64,000 nucleotides of DNA from assembly GCF_001194135.2 (NCBI RefSeq), contig NC_068984.1, positions 57,946,552-58,010,551 of the forward strand. The letters are read 5' to 3'. Of this stretch, positions 26,328 to 38,791 are shown in pieces. Each line of letters begins with the position of its first letter. Position 1 is the first letter of the stretch. A program made the position numbers and the translations under genes. A model generated the notes under the pieces. It saw only the letters and a program-made list of their open reading frames with translations, was not told where the DNA came from and did not search any database. The stretch is from Octopus bimaculoides. Its lineage: Eukaryota.

Positions 26328-26841
26328 CTTGATAGCAACAAAAATAAAAATTCAGTGAATTACTCAAGAATTATATACAAAAAAGTAAAAAATTATATTT
26401 CAATATGTTTAATTTTAACACCATTTGCTAGCTCTAAAATTATTTTAGCAATGAAAAATTAAGAGAATGCATGTAGGTCTGATGACTGAAAAATTACAAA
26501 CGGAATTGTTTGATTTCATTCAAACTCAATATTGTGGAAATATGTATGTTTTCTAATTAGATTATAAAGGTTTGATAAATGTAGCATAAAAATTCTGTAA
26601 TATTCCAGAGAATATGAATTAATCCATTCTAAGAATATTTTTAGTCTTGCTCCAAAATAGATTTGCGGTTAATAATTTTTTGAACTTCAGTATTGAGCTG
26701 AGATGTTAGAAAACCGTTAAATGTTAGTTGTAAGGATTAATAAAATTAATATCATTATAGTGGATGTTAAAACAATGATGATGATGAATATATTAGTATC
26801 TTTTAATCTGATCTTTACTAATGTCAAGAAAAACCATATAC

Positions 26842-26899
26842 CTGCTTCAAAAGCCATATCTGGATAGTCAAAGTCTTCACGATTTCTAGGTTTTTCAAA
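26842..26899 (-). CDS. SCP2: SCPx coding exon 2 (FEKPRNREDFDYPDMAFEAG)
   Basis: Acceptor ctttag|, donor |gtatat, 58 nt, phase 0 to 1. Matches the SCPx FVKP...DYPDLAEEAG segment. Confidence 0.93.
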
Positions 26900-28604
26900 C
26901 TAAAGTTGTAAAATTTAAAGAACAAATGAATTAGTAAAAAGAATTACATATTAAAAAATACTTTCTAAATTTAATGTAAAAACATATTTAAAATTTCTTT
27001 TCCGGACTAATTGGTAGCAGTCTCTAAAAGTATGCACCAATTATATACACAATAACTGTTAAATGGTTTAAATGTTATCCTAACTAGCATGTACCGACAC
27101 AATTTGCTTGAGCACTAGCAACTGCAGCCAAATCCCCTTCCAATAGCAATAAGCACATACATGTGCCACATGAACTGACTCACTAATAAATAAATGTATT
27201 CAGATAGAAAAGTGTAAGTATCTTTAAATTTTAGTATTTCCTTTGTTTTTGATTTTTTTTTTTGGTTTTAACTTCTGCCATGAAGATATTTGATATTAAC
27301 TGTGGTAAGTGCTTTAAATGACCATACTGACCAATCACTTGGCGACTGGAGATAATTAGAGTGCCAACATTTAAAAGTAAATATGTAATGTATCAGCAAG
27401 ATAAGCTGTAATGAACACTGCAAGAAATTCAATGAAGAAACAGTGGGGGAAAAGTATAAAGGCAAATAACTAGACATCATAGAAACTGTCTACAGTGGTT
27501 CACTAGTGTAATTTAATAAAGTGTATTTGCCACTTGTTCAGTATTGACACACGAGTCAGAAGAGTGAGCTAAAATGTCAGGTCATAAGAATTTCAAATCA
27601 ACAGATGCTCGTTGTCTTGAAAATTTTGGTATAACATGAAATACAAGACAGCACACATTGAGAAGTACAGTGTTGATGTTATAAATAGGGAATAATGGAA
27701 ATCCACAAACTGTCTTGTTTTGCTTCAATAATAGAAAATAAATGAATTGAGTAATGCAGATGAAATAAGCCAGTGTTACTGAATATATACAGTATGGGTC
27801 TATGAGCTACAAGCACAAAACACCAAGTTCTCTGCTTGTTAATAGAAGTATTCTTCATAATTTGTCTTTACATCTATTTTACAATCTTAGCATAGGTTAG
27901 ATGAATATATTACTGAAGCATTGTTGTACAGCCATATAACTTTCCTGGCATTAACCCATACCTGTTTTCTAAGTCAGGGATGTCTTGTTTCTTCAAAGAT
28001 GCAAAGCCCAGTATATGATTCACTGATAGGGGAAATGACATCATCACTGCTTGTAGTTCTTGGTTTTTAGAGAAGTGCAAATGTAAACAAACCCAGACCC
28101 GTGCACACATACATACAAACTCAGACCTGTGAATACATACATACAAACGAAGGGCTTTTTCAGTTTTTGTCAACCAAATCCACTCACAAGACTTTGGTTG
28201 GCCTGGAACTACAACAGAAGACATTTGCCCAAAATGTTATGCAATGAGACTGAACCTGAAGTGAACTTTTTTAACAACACAGCCAGGCCTACACTTGTAT
28301 GGTTAAAATAACTATTAAAAAAAAATGCTTGGAACTGATAAATGAAAGTCATTTGGTATTGAGAAAAGTACTAACTCAAAAGCTTTATAGTGTAGACTGG
28401 GAAATTTACCCATTTTGTATTAATTATGGTTAATAAGTTAAGATTTTGAACTTAATGTGGAATCAAGAAGAGTACATATGCTTTTTGAGAATTATGTGAT
28501 AATCCTCATTGATATTATTTAAGAAACAATAATCTAGAATTTCAAACAGCCAATAACATTATTTTGATGAAGTCAATCATTATAGAAATCATACAAAATT
28601 TGAA

Positions 28605-28816
28605 CCCTTTAGTATTCAGATTATTCTGTCATATGTAATGCTTATTTAATCATTTTTAATACAGCATTATCTTGTAACTTCAAGATTTTGATGATGTGAT
28701 TGTCTATTTTTAGAATAACATTGTGGAATAAGTGTGAGAGGCTGGATCTGGTCAACTTGGACCTAAAACAGTAAAGAATGTTTGGGCCTGATATGGCCAG
28801 TTTAAATGCTAAAGGG
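28605..28816. mobile_element. piggyBac-type MITE (CCCTTTAG...CTAAAGGG, TTAA target)
   Basis: Terminal inverted ccctttag/ctaaaggg, right TTAA, degenerate left tgaa. A related end fragment lies at 58175-58245 (-). Confidence 0.7.
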
Positions 28817-29669
28817 TTAAACAGTCAAAAGAAATCTGTCTTTAATAACTAATGAATTTAGTATAATGTAAAATTTTTACAGTAATACAGTTTGTTGCCT
28901 GCATCTGGAGAAAATAAGTAGCAAGTTTATTCAGAACTACTTTATTCCGTGGGAAGAAGTATTCAGGTTTGAAAATGTTAACTTACAATATTTCAGATGC
29001 TTTAATAATTTTGCAGTTTTGAATATCATAATGAAAATTCTGTGGACACCAATTGTAGAACAAATTGTAATAAAATACCAAGAAGTGTCCAAATATAATG
29101 AAAATGAGAAATAAGATACACTTAAGTTTCAGTGAATATTTATACCAAGAAACGTGTTGCTGAAACATAACACAAGGAAGACAATGACAGCAGTTCTTTA
29201 TTTATACTGGATATTAGAGAATTTTATAAAGTATATCTGGTTAATTACTTCTGCATTATTAACTATTTGGGATTAAATATTCTTATTTAGTCCCTAAAAA
29301 ATTCATGCTTATTACATGTATTGAAATCTAGCAGTATTTTTGGGTACACTGAAAATCTTTTAGTAAGCATACAATAAAAAGCAAGACGACTTGATTTACG
29401 AGTTATTTGCTTACTTTATATAAAGAATATATACACAAAGACGCCAACCATATAAGACAGTAGTCAAGTCGTTGACGACATTTAATGCAGGGAACATTAA
29501 AACAGCTAATTAAAAAAATAATCAGTAAGGAAAAAGCAATACAGTCAATGATTAATTCTACATACTTTATTTTGGCAAGTAAGGGAGACAACTTAAGAAA
29601 ACTTCTAAATAAAATGAAAAACAAAAGCAGAAACAGAGAACATTATGCTTTGTTCGTTTGTTTATATGT

Positions 29670-29985
29670 ATGTATTTTTTATTCTTTTACTTGTTTCAGT
29701 CATTTGACTGCGGCCATGCTGGAGCACCGCCTTTAGTTGAACAAATTGACCCATAGACTTATTCTATCGGTCGCCTTGCGGAACCGCTAAGTTACGGGAC
29801 GTAAACACACCAACATCGACACACAAACATTTACATATACATAAGACGAGACTCTCAGTGTCCATCTACCAAATCCACTCTCAAGGCTTTAGTTGGTCTG
29901 AGGCCATAGTAGGTGACAGTTGCCCAAGGTGCTATGCAGTAGGACTGAACCCAGAAGCATGTGGTTGGGAAGCAAGCTTCTTATG
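29670..29985 (-). mobile_element. SINE (same family, internally deleted)
   Basis: Reverse-complement match to 54115-54528. Confidence 0.85.
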
Positions 29986-30774
29986 AATGAAACAATTTCC
30001 ATAAAAACATTTTACTTGAAATTGTAAACAATAAAAATTACTAAATAATTTTCTTTTTAAAATCCTTATTAACCAATGGACTCTAATCACTTATCTTAAG
30101 TTCAGGTCAGGCATCTGGACAAAGCAATGTACATAGCAGCATACACATTAGCATTGGGTCTGCAGGCAACTGGCCTGTGTGCTCATGCCTTAGGACAGCT
30201 TCAGGCGAAACGTTGATGTATTCCCTGCATAAATATTTATTACTACATCAATACAATGCAAATTTTAGCAGAGAAACTTAATGAAGTCGGAAGCTGAGTA
30301 ATAAATGCTTGATTAGTTTATGATAGAGCTGGATAACTTAACTGTCACTTTAATGTTATAAGTTTAATCTATGTTAAAAAGTTAGCTAATATCCCTTTAA
30401 TATTAGTGAATATTCTTCAAGTTCATATGACACTACAAATTCAATTAAGCTACTATATATATATATATAAACCAATAATCAAAATATATTCCCAAAACAA
30501 TGCAATAACTTTGTTTCAAAATGTTTCTTTCTGTGAGGAAGTTTCACTTAATCTAATTGGTGTAAGTCCCACAACTCATTAGGTTGTAGGTGCATATTTG
30601 GGTAAATTATTCAGATGGAACCATTCTTATCTCTATTTTATTAAAGCTAATTTAAAATGCTACACATAATGATTTAAATATTGATTTAATTTTGAATAGG
30701 AACCAAGAACTTGTATTTGAGGAGTAGAAGAAACATGATATTGTGAAGATGTCTCTCCTAAGTGGTGGTGGTGG

Positions 30775-30950
30775 TTCATCATCATCATCCTTTTCCATGC
30801 TGGCATGGGTTGGATGGTTTGATCAGAGCTGGCAAGCCACTGGAGAGCTGCACCAGGTTCCAGTCTGTTCTGGCTTGGTTTCTATGGCTGGATGCCTTTC
30901 CTAATGCCAACCACTTCACAGTGCATGCTGTGTGCTTTTATTGTGGCACT
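30775..30950 (-). mobile_element. RTE 3'-end fragment
   Basis: Reverse-complement similarity to the 3' UTR at 24200-24368, including the (CAT)n tail. Confidence 0.75.
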
Positions 30951-32654
30951 AGCATAAGTGCTTATACGTGGCAGCAGCACAAGGCTCTTGTAGGTCAATC
31001 CTCTTCAATGGAGTGGCAGCCATTAACACTTCAGCTGTGGAGGACAAGTCTTCTTGAATACAACAAAGTGCCAGATATCTCGGTCCTTTGTCATCTCCAA
31101 AAGGGTCAATATATATAGAAATAGATTTCCATTGACTTCCCATTGCTAAAGTGAACCACCAAGCATGAAGAGATTTTGCAGTAGACATATGGTACAGACA
31201 TAGATTATGGTATTAGGGATAAGATACTAATACTGTAATGTTTTGTTCAGTAAGGCCAACTGTAATTCTTTATAATACTGAAAGATTTAATTGAAAAAAC
31301 AAAAAACAAACGCTTTTACCAATTCCTCAAAGTCTGTTTTCCAAAATAGGTAAATTACCACAAATTTTGGGGCAAGAGATTAACCAATTATATCAACCCT
31401 AGTAAATGACTAGTATTTATTAACTTGTAACGATGAAAGGCTAAGTTGACCTGGCCAAAATTTGAATTTGGAACATAAAACAATGTAACTAAATACTGCA
31501 TGATTTTTTATCTCGTGTTACTAGTTCTGCCAACAACAATAAATAATGTTATCAAAAAGCAATAAACTGGAGTCTAAAAATATGTCCTTATATAATTTAA
31601 GAAAAGCTGAACTATGAACTTTGAATATAGTCATCATTTTAGTGTTTATCTCAGTATGATCAACTGATCATCAAAGATTTATCTAAGCTTTTAGAATTTA
31701 TTAATAACAAATGAACTTAGATCAATGCTAACAAAACAAAAAAAGATTGGCTTCAATACTGTTGGTCCTAGTTTGTGAATATAACTTGAGAGGTTGTGAT
31801 GGGGCAAGTGATAGTACTCAGGATCTTATAGGTTCAAGATCATCTATCATCCCATTAAAGTTAAGCTTCATATTCAATAATGCTAAGTAGATAAATAAAG
31901 AATCTTATGAGATAACATTGTTGTCCCAAACTCCCATCTGTTTTCTACACAACTGCAACTCTGATTACATCATTATCCAAATGAGTCCTTCCTTGTTTAA
32001 GTTGGCCAGGTGTAATGTAGTGGATCTGTTGTTTATTCTGGATAAGATGTTTGAAAAAATGAAAAGGCCAAGTAGATTAGTTTCTGGACTATTATTGTCT
32101 AATAGGTGTTCATTCCAAATCTGCTGCAAATGCATTGTAAGGTTTGAGTTTTAGTTCATGTAGCTCTTGTTCTGAAAAAATATGTACTGGATCTTCTGAG
32201 AATGTTGCAGGTAATAGAAAAACTACTCTATTTTGTGAGAGATTTATCTTTTGCCTTTAACAAAGGAGCTAAGTACCAGCTCTTATAAGCATTTTTCAAC
32301 TTGGGATACTTTATGGGGCACTGCTCTGCCAGAAGCCAAGGATATGTCTTCGCTAGCTAAACAGAAGAAAATATTATTTGTTAATGAGATTAAATGAAAT
32401 GAAATATCTAATGTTTTAGACAGAACCCTTCATCAAACACTCCACCCAAAATGTTCAGTATTTCCTGTAATCGTGGCTTACTAACACATCTATCTCAGCC
32501 CATCCTCTTACTAACCAAGCCAAAACTAATCTTGAATTCAAGAGATTTCATAAGGAAAGTAGAATTAAGTTTTCCTAGAAAGGTCAGTCCTGATCAAGAA
32601 GACCATTTAACAAAGGTATTCAAGTTATAGACCTATTTTTATAGACATATATAT

Positions 32655-33420
32655 ATATAACTTGTTTCAGTCATTACACTGTAGCCATGTTGGGGCACTA
32701 GCTTGAAGAATTTTTAGTCGAATGTATTAATCTCAGTAATTATTATTTAAAACCACGTACTTATCCTATCAGTCTCTTTTGTTGAACTGCTAAGTTACAA
32801 GGATGTAAACACACCAGCACGAGTTGTCAAGGGTGGCGGTGGTAGGGACAAACACAGACACATATATATATATTTCGATAAGAAAAAAATCTACAACCTT
32901 CCGTCTCAATACACTACTATTGGACTTGAAAGTTATTTTTATATTTACTACGGATTGCTTGAAACTTTCTTGCTACACCTCGATCGTTGGATCTTATATT
33001 TATTTATACCCCCCCCCCCCCGACACGATGGAAGCGCATGGCTTAGTGGTTAGGGTATTGGACCCATGATTGTAAGATCATGGTTTCGATTCCTAGACCG
33101 GACGACGCTTTGTGTTTTTTTAACAAAAGCACAAGCTGGCAAAAATGAGTAATCCTGCGACGGACCGTCGTCCTGTCCAGGTGGGGAATATATACACCAT
33201 GGAAACCGGCCCTATAAATCTATATGGCTCGGGAAGGAACTTTATTTTCTACATATATATGATGGACTTCTTTCAGTTTCCGTCTACCAAATCCATCCAC
33301 AAGGCTTTAATCCGTACGAGGCTATAATAGAAGACACTTGCCCAAGGTGCTTTCAAGTGGGACTGAACTCGGAACCATGTGGTTGGGAAGCAAACTTCTT
33401 ATACAGCCACGCCTGTGCCT
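32655..33420. mobile_element. Cluster of SINE fragments (two on -, one tRNA-head copy on + at ~33025-33250)
   Basis: Recurrent SINE blocks. A/B-box head tggcttagtggttagg...ggtttcgattcc. Confidence 0.75.
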
Positions 33421-33579
33421 ATATTGTGGACAACAGTGTTCAATATGTTCTTTATTTAAAGTGATTGGTTGTAATTTGAGGGCGAATATGTTATTAACAA
33501 GTTGAGCGACAATCTTAAGATTTTTCAAATGTCTTTGACAAAATAATCTTGTAGACAAAATAATCTTGTTATTTCAATC

Positions 33580-34345
33580 AGGTGGCGAGCTGACAGAATC
33601 GTTAGCACGCAGGGTGAACGCTTAGCGATCTTTCGTCTGCCGCGTTTTGAGTTCAAATTCCGCCGAGGTTGACTATGCCTTTCATCCTTTCAGGGTCGAT
33701 AGATTAAGTACCAGTGAAACACTGGAGTCGATGTAATCGACTAGTCCTCTCCAACCAAATTTCAGGGATCTTTGGGGTTTGACGGGCAACATTTATTTTC
33801 TTAACGAAACACTTTCAAACTTGGGACACTGGTAGAATGTGTCATATAAAACAACTTCTTCTCTTAACCTTCTTAACAAAAAATTGTACATCGCAAGTTA
33901 TTTCATGTTAAAGTTGTCGTATTTCTGTAATTTCAACCAATCACTGACGTCTATTCAGCTGTATACAGTTACTGCTGTTCGGTGTCAAGTGTGTTATTCC
34001 CTGTTTAATTATATCATTATTCCCTAGTAAAGTTTTAGGGTTAGGGTTATGAGTTAGAGTTAAGAACGGGACTAATTTTATTCAAGGGAAAAGATCCCAT
34101 GACACCGTTACGGCATTAATTGGTTTCACTTCAATAGACGTCAGTGATTGGTTGAAATTACCGAAATACGACAATTTTTTTACATAAAATAACTTCGAAT
34201 ACAAAATTTTTTATCTGTTCTATACCACAAAATATACAAATATTCGAAGTTTGAAAGTGCTTCGGTACCAAAAACACTACAAAAAAAAAATGTTGCCCGT
34301 CAAACCCCAAAGATCCAATTTCAGGCCTCGTGCCTCAAGTAGAAA
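33580..34345 (+). mobile_element. tRNA-derived SINE split by the 33766-34316 MITE
   Basis: Head ggtggcgagctgacagaatcgttagc...gagttcaaattcc. The tail resumes after the MITE (aatttcaggcctcgtgcc). Confidence 0.85.
33766..34316. mobile_element. MITE with GGATC termini and an 8-bp TSD (Merlin-like), nested in a SINE
   Basis: TIR ggatctttggggtttgacgggcaacattt is perfect at both ends. TSD aatttcag at 33758-33765 and 34317-34324. There is a second internal inverted repeat. Confidence 0.85.
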
Positions 34346-35081
34346 GGCTATTTCAATCGATAAAAAGATTTTGCCCAAACATTTGCATTCACATGTGGAT
34401 ATGAGATATATTAGTGTGGAACTAAAAGAGAAAATATCTAAAAATCAGTATTTATTAGAAATTGGGTGTCCTCCGAAATGTGAACGGTCTCGTCTATAAA
34501 ATAACAAGTGCGTGGATAAATTGTGATTAAGTTTAGATGTTTGATAAACACAAATTCAACCTTATGTTTATGCATGAGCTGGAGAGCAACTGAACTAGTT
34601 GCGATCTATTGTCTTCTATGAAGCGGGTCAACGCAGGAGGCAGAATGTACGAACGTATGTTTATTAAACATGCATATGCAAGTTAACTTATTCCAAATTT
34701 TTCCACACGCACGCTGTCGCAATATTGGGGCGCTTTTATTTTATATGTAAAACCAGTGAATGTACAGATGTTATTTTTACATAAAAAACGCCTGTTACTC
34801 ATAACTTGATGCAGCTTTCTCTCCTTGTAAGACGAATATGAATGGATAAGACGGCGAGAACTCGTCAAGCTGTATTCGAGTTGGTTCAGCAAAGAGCCCT
34901 TTATCTTCGCACTTCGGGAATAGAATTGACCGAATCCTGATGTATTTCTAAATAACAACGAAAGTTGTGAGTCCGTTCTCCACCAGTTTCGAGGTGTCTG
35001 CTAGTGACTATAGACACTTAAAAACAATTAGCGAAAGCATACTTAAATGCTACCAAGCCATACTCGGTTGCGAGTGACGGT

Positions 35082-35084
<3 letters not shown>

Positions 35085-35137
<53 letters not shown>
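35085..35137. repeat. (TG)n(AG)n microsatellite
   Basis: Direct reading. Confidence 0.95.
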
Positions 35138-35139
<2 letters not shown>

Positions 35140-35179
35140 TTCAATTGTCAAACATAAAACGAAAGTAAATATTGGTTTC

Positions 35180-35520
35180 AAATTTTGGCACATGGCCAGC
35201 AATTTCAGGAGAGAGACTAAGTCGATTACATCGACTTCCAGTGCTCGACTGGTACTTATGGCATAACTACAGGGAAATTTTTGTATATTCGGATTCTACA
35301 TAGTAAATACTATATGCATAGAATATTTCATTAAAAAATATTCATTTTTCTGAAAGTTATGACCTCCCAAAGTCTGGTGGGTAAAACCCTGTAGTTATGC
35401 CCTTATTTTAACAAACCCGAAAGGATGAAAGGCGAAGTCGACCTCGGCGGAATTTGAACTCAGAACGTAATGACAGACGAAATGCATTTTGCTCGGCATG
35501 CTAACAATCTGTCAGCTCTA
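35180..35520 (-). mobile_element. tRNA-derived SINE split by the 35260-35401 MITE
   Basis: Same family as 25081-25308 (gtcgattacatcgac..ctggtacttat / cccgaaaggatgaaaggcgaagtcgacctcggcgg). Confidence 0.8.
35260..35401. mobile_element. 142-bp MITE with a 15-bp perfect TIR and a 5-bp TSD, nested in a SINE
   Basis: ggcataactacaggg / ccctgtagttatgcc, with cttat duplicated at 35255-35259 and 35402-35406. Confidence 0.8.
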
Positions 35521-36155
35521 ACTAAATACTCAAATCAGGAAAAGCACGCAACAAAGTTGAGTGATTAAAAGAAGTTTGGCTGCTATTTCCAACAGAATGA
35601 ACGCTTACGTAAGGGCTTTTTTGTTGGCTTGTATCTCGGAGTGTTCCAAGTCCCCCTGATTGAACAGGCCTCCGATCGAAGACAACCCAACTTCGCCTTT
35701 TTATGTGTATGTTGCATTAATATAAAACAATTTATTATTTAGGATTGAAGTAGATCCGAAGCAGATTTTTCTGCTATTTCTTTCAGGTCAAATTATTCTG
35801 TAGAAAGCTCACTCGTTGGCTCGTGTCTCAATGTTGTTTAGACCCACGTCCCCTCTCATCGAACAGAATTGACCCTTGATTAACTATCTCAGCCATGGCA
35901 CTCTCATTTTATTTTCACATATTTAATATGTCCTAGAACAACATTAAAGGTAATGTGTTCTTCCTATGTTTTCGTTGTTATTACTAACCGATCAAGAAAC
36001 CGCCCCTTTTCTTGAGTTGTCAAAGTCGGTTAAAGATCGGTCAACAAAGCACAAGATTTCGTTTCGAATCCTGGGTTAAAAAATATTATAACAGATTTCA
36101 CTTCCCTAAATATTAGACGTGATATCAAAACAAAACTAATATTATAGAAATAGCC

Positions 36156-36187
<32 letters not shown>

Positions 36188-36537
36188 TGCTATAAGAAAG
36201 AACAACTGAAAAGTGCACTTGATTCATCGAGAATAGTTTGGAAAACAATCTATACCAAAAAGCGTGGAAACAGAAAATACAAAAATAAACAGTTGCGTAA
36301 ACACTGATATTCAACATTTAGCAAAAGCAAAAAAAGCATTCGTAAATTATGTCTAACGACTACAAAATAGCATTTGATTTTTCATTAAAAAAATTAAAAT
36401 AATGTTGAAAACAAAAAAGAAATCAATGAATTATTTTGGCAAGTGACTTATTTGTAAAGTGATCAACTGACTATCAGCAATGATATACATACATAAATAA
36501 GTCTTAATATTAATTCTAGAGGCATTTATGTTGTTAC

Positions 36538-36621
36538 CTTGGTCATTCCAACCCCGATGACATAGACATCGTTGTAACTGGGTGATGAGTTGAGTGAACG
36601 AGTGGCATGTAGCGGCGCCAT
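36538..36621 (-). CDS. SCP2: SCPx / SCP2-type thiolase, coding exon 1 (MAPLHATRSLNSSPSYNDVYVIGVGMTK)
   Basis: ATG in a ccaaaATGG context, 84 nt, ends AAG|gtaaca. VYVIGVGMTK matches the thiolase/SCPx N-terminal VFVVGVGMTK motif, and the boundary matches human SCP2 exon 1 as recalled. Confidence 0.93.
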
Positions 36622-38589
36622 TTTGGTGTTAACACGAAGGACACTGTAATATTTTATTCGCTTTTAATAATTGTTTTATCATACGATTTTAGCTGCTGGA
36701 GAATATCTACATATATCTATACTTATCCATATCAATCTATCTATATATATATGTTTACATATATACCTATAGATATAAGATAAAGAGGAAAGAAAGAGAA
36801 ATGGGGAGAGGGAGAGTGTGCATGCGTTTGTACATATATGTTAAATTAATCAGCAGTAGCATAAAGTCACCCGGATGTCAACATTCTTTAAAATTTAACC
36901 TTTCGTCACATTTATTAATCTTAATTCTAAAAAGAAGAGGAATATCACTGCCGTCATAATTCATAGTATTAATAAGCATATTCATAAACAATGTGCTTTA
37001 TAGTAGAAACAATTACGATATATTTGTTGTATTTCTTTTTCCGTATTTTTAGACTTATTTCTTTTATTCAGCGAAGAATTATTCACAAAAGTCTATTGAA
37101 TTAAACAATGGTATGTGATTGATTGATAAATTATTTCATCTATCACAGAGAAATGCGAAGTAACGACGACCCCAGCGGCATTTGAACTCAGAATGCCTAC
37201 GGTCGAAACTAAATACTACAAGGCGTTTTAATCTGGCGCTCGGCCGTTTATATCAGTCCACCGCCTTTTCCCCACATTTCAAAATCAAAGTCCTGGTAAA
37301 TTATATTTGATAGAATGTTAAATTTAATCTCATATACGTCATAAGTGACAAATTTTATTTTTTCTTTAAACATAAAATGGAATATTAGCTGTGGATTTAA
37401 AGGACAAAGTACATACTTAAATAAAAAAAAATGTATAGGAGAGAGCGATATTGCTTTGTGTTTGAGTATCGGTCGACCTGTTTTCCAGTAGTGCACTAGT
37501 TACCCCATTCGTCTGAAATTCGTAGGGAGTTCAGAATAATTTCAAATATACATACTTAACCCCTGAAATTATAACAGTTATTATATCTACCGATATATCT
37601 TTTTGCTCAATATCTGAAATTGGTTTAAAAGCTGACATTGACAAAGAAAGTTAGTATAGAGAAAATATTTTATAGGATAAGTCACGTTGGAAATTAAAAC
37701 AAATATCAAATAATGTGAATATATAAACACTGGTAGTGAGTTGTGCGACTGCGTATGAAAAAAAAAATCAAGGCAATGTTTGAAGAAAAATATATTTCTG
37801 ATGTCAAAGCTACTTGAGAAGCAAGACAATGACTATGAAAGAATGAAGTAAGGAAAGGGCGAATATTAAATTTAGATAAGTAGAAAGAAGAGTGAGGGAT
37901 AAATGTGTAAGATAAAGTTGGAGATAGAGACGGAGTATCTCATAAAGACGATGTACGTAAAAAAGAGTCTGTTATGTACGATAATGTAAAGCAGACACAA
38001 AAACAGAGAGAGAGGGCAGAGGATTAAATAGAAAGGGTGTAAACCAATGTCGAACTATGATAGAGAAAGAGATGATTAACTAGAGTGTATGGTGAAACAG
38101 ACGGGTAATGAAAGATTTAAATAGAGAGGGAGTACGGCACTGTAGTGCATACTAAGAGATAGAAAACACTGTTTTTAGTAGAGAGGGTGAGTCAAGACCC
38201 GGAGGGTGTTTTGAAGCCCTGCTAAGTTACTAACGAATTTACTATCAATTTTCTTTTGGCGCCGTTATTGTTTATGCTATTAGAGAATACCATCGCTAAA
38301 CAAGCATTAATTAGTGCACTAAAAAAAAAATTCATTGCTACCTCGTTATTACCTTGAAAAAGAATAGACTGATTATTATTATATGCTTCTCATACGCATC
38401 TCTCTTTCACCCTATCACACACGCACATATATATATATAAATACATATATACACATTTAGAATATATATTTATACATATTTAGATATACAAACAGAAATA
38501 CCTCCATATAATACACACATATAAATATATATAGAGAGCCCCTCTGTTTGTGTGTCTCTGTCTTTCTCATTACACCCTCCCTCATAACT

Positions 38590-38791
38590 ATGTATTTGTC
38601 TGCACACGAAAGAGAAGCAGTGTGAGTAGTCGTAAAACGGGGAAAAATGGTAGTCCAAGGAGTGGATTAAAACTAAGCGATTGCTATTCTTAAACGGAGG
38701 AAAAAAAGCTTAGCTTGGATTTATATTTATTTCTTTTAGCAATGACATTTATTTTGGATATTTTAGTTCTGAAAGCCTCTTCTGTTATACA
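38590..38791 (+). other. Possible non-coding first exon divergent from SCP2
   Basis: Ends in a consensus donor CAG|gtaaga about 2 kb upstream of the SCP2 start. No long ORF, and no downstream partner exon was found. Confidence 0.2.

Noticed and set aside
31918-32400. Decayed coding-like sequence in SCP2 intron 1
   Set aside because: Stops occur in all frames and I could not assign it to any family.
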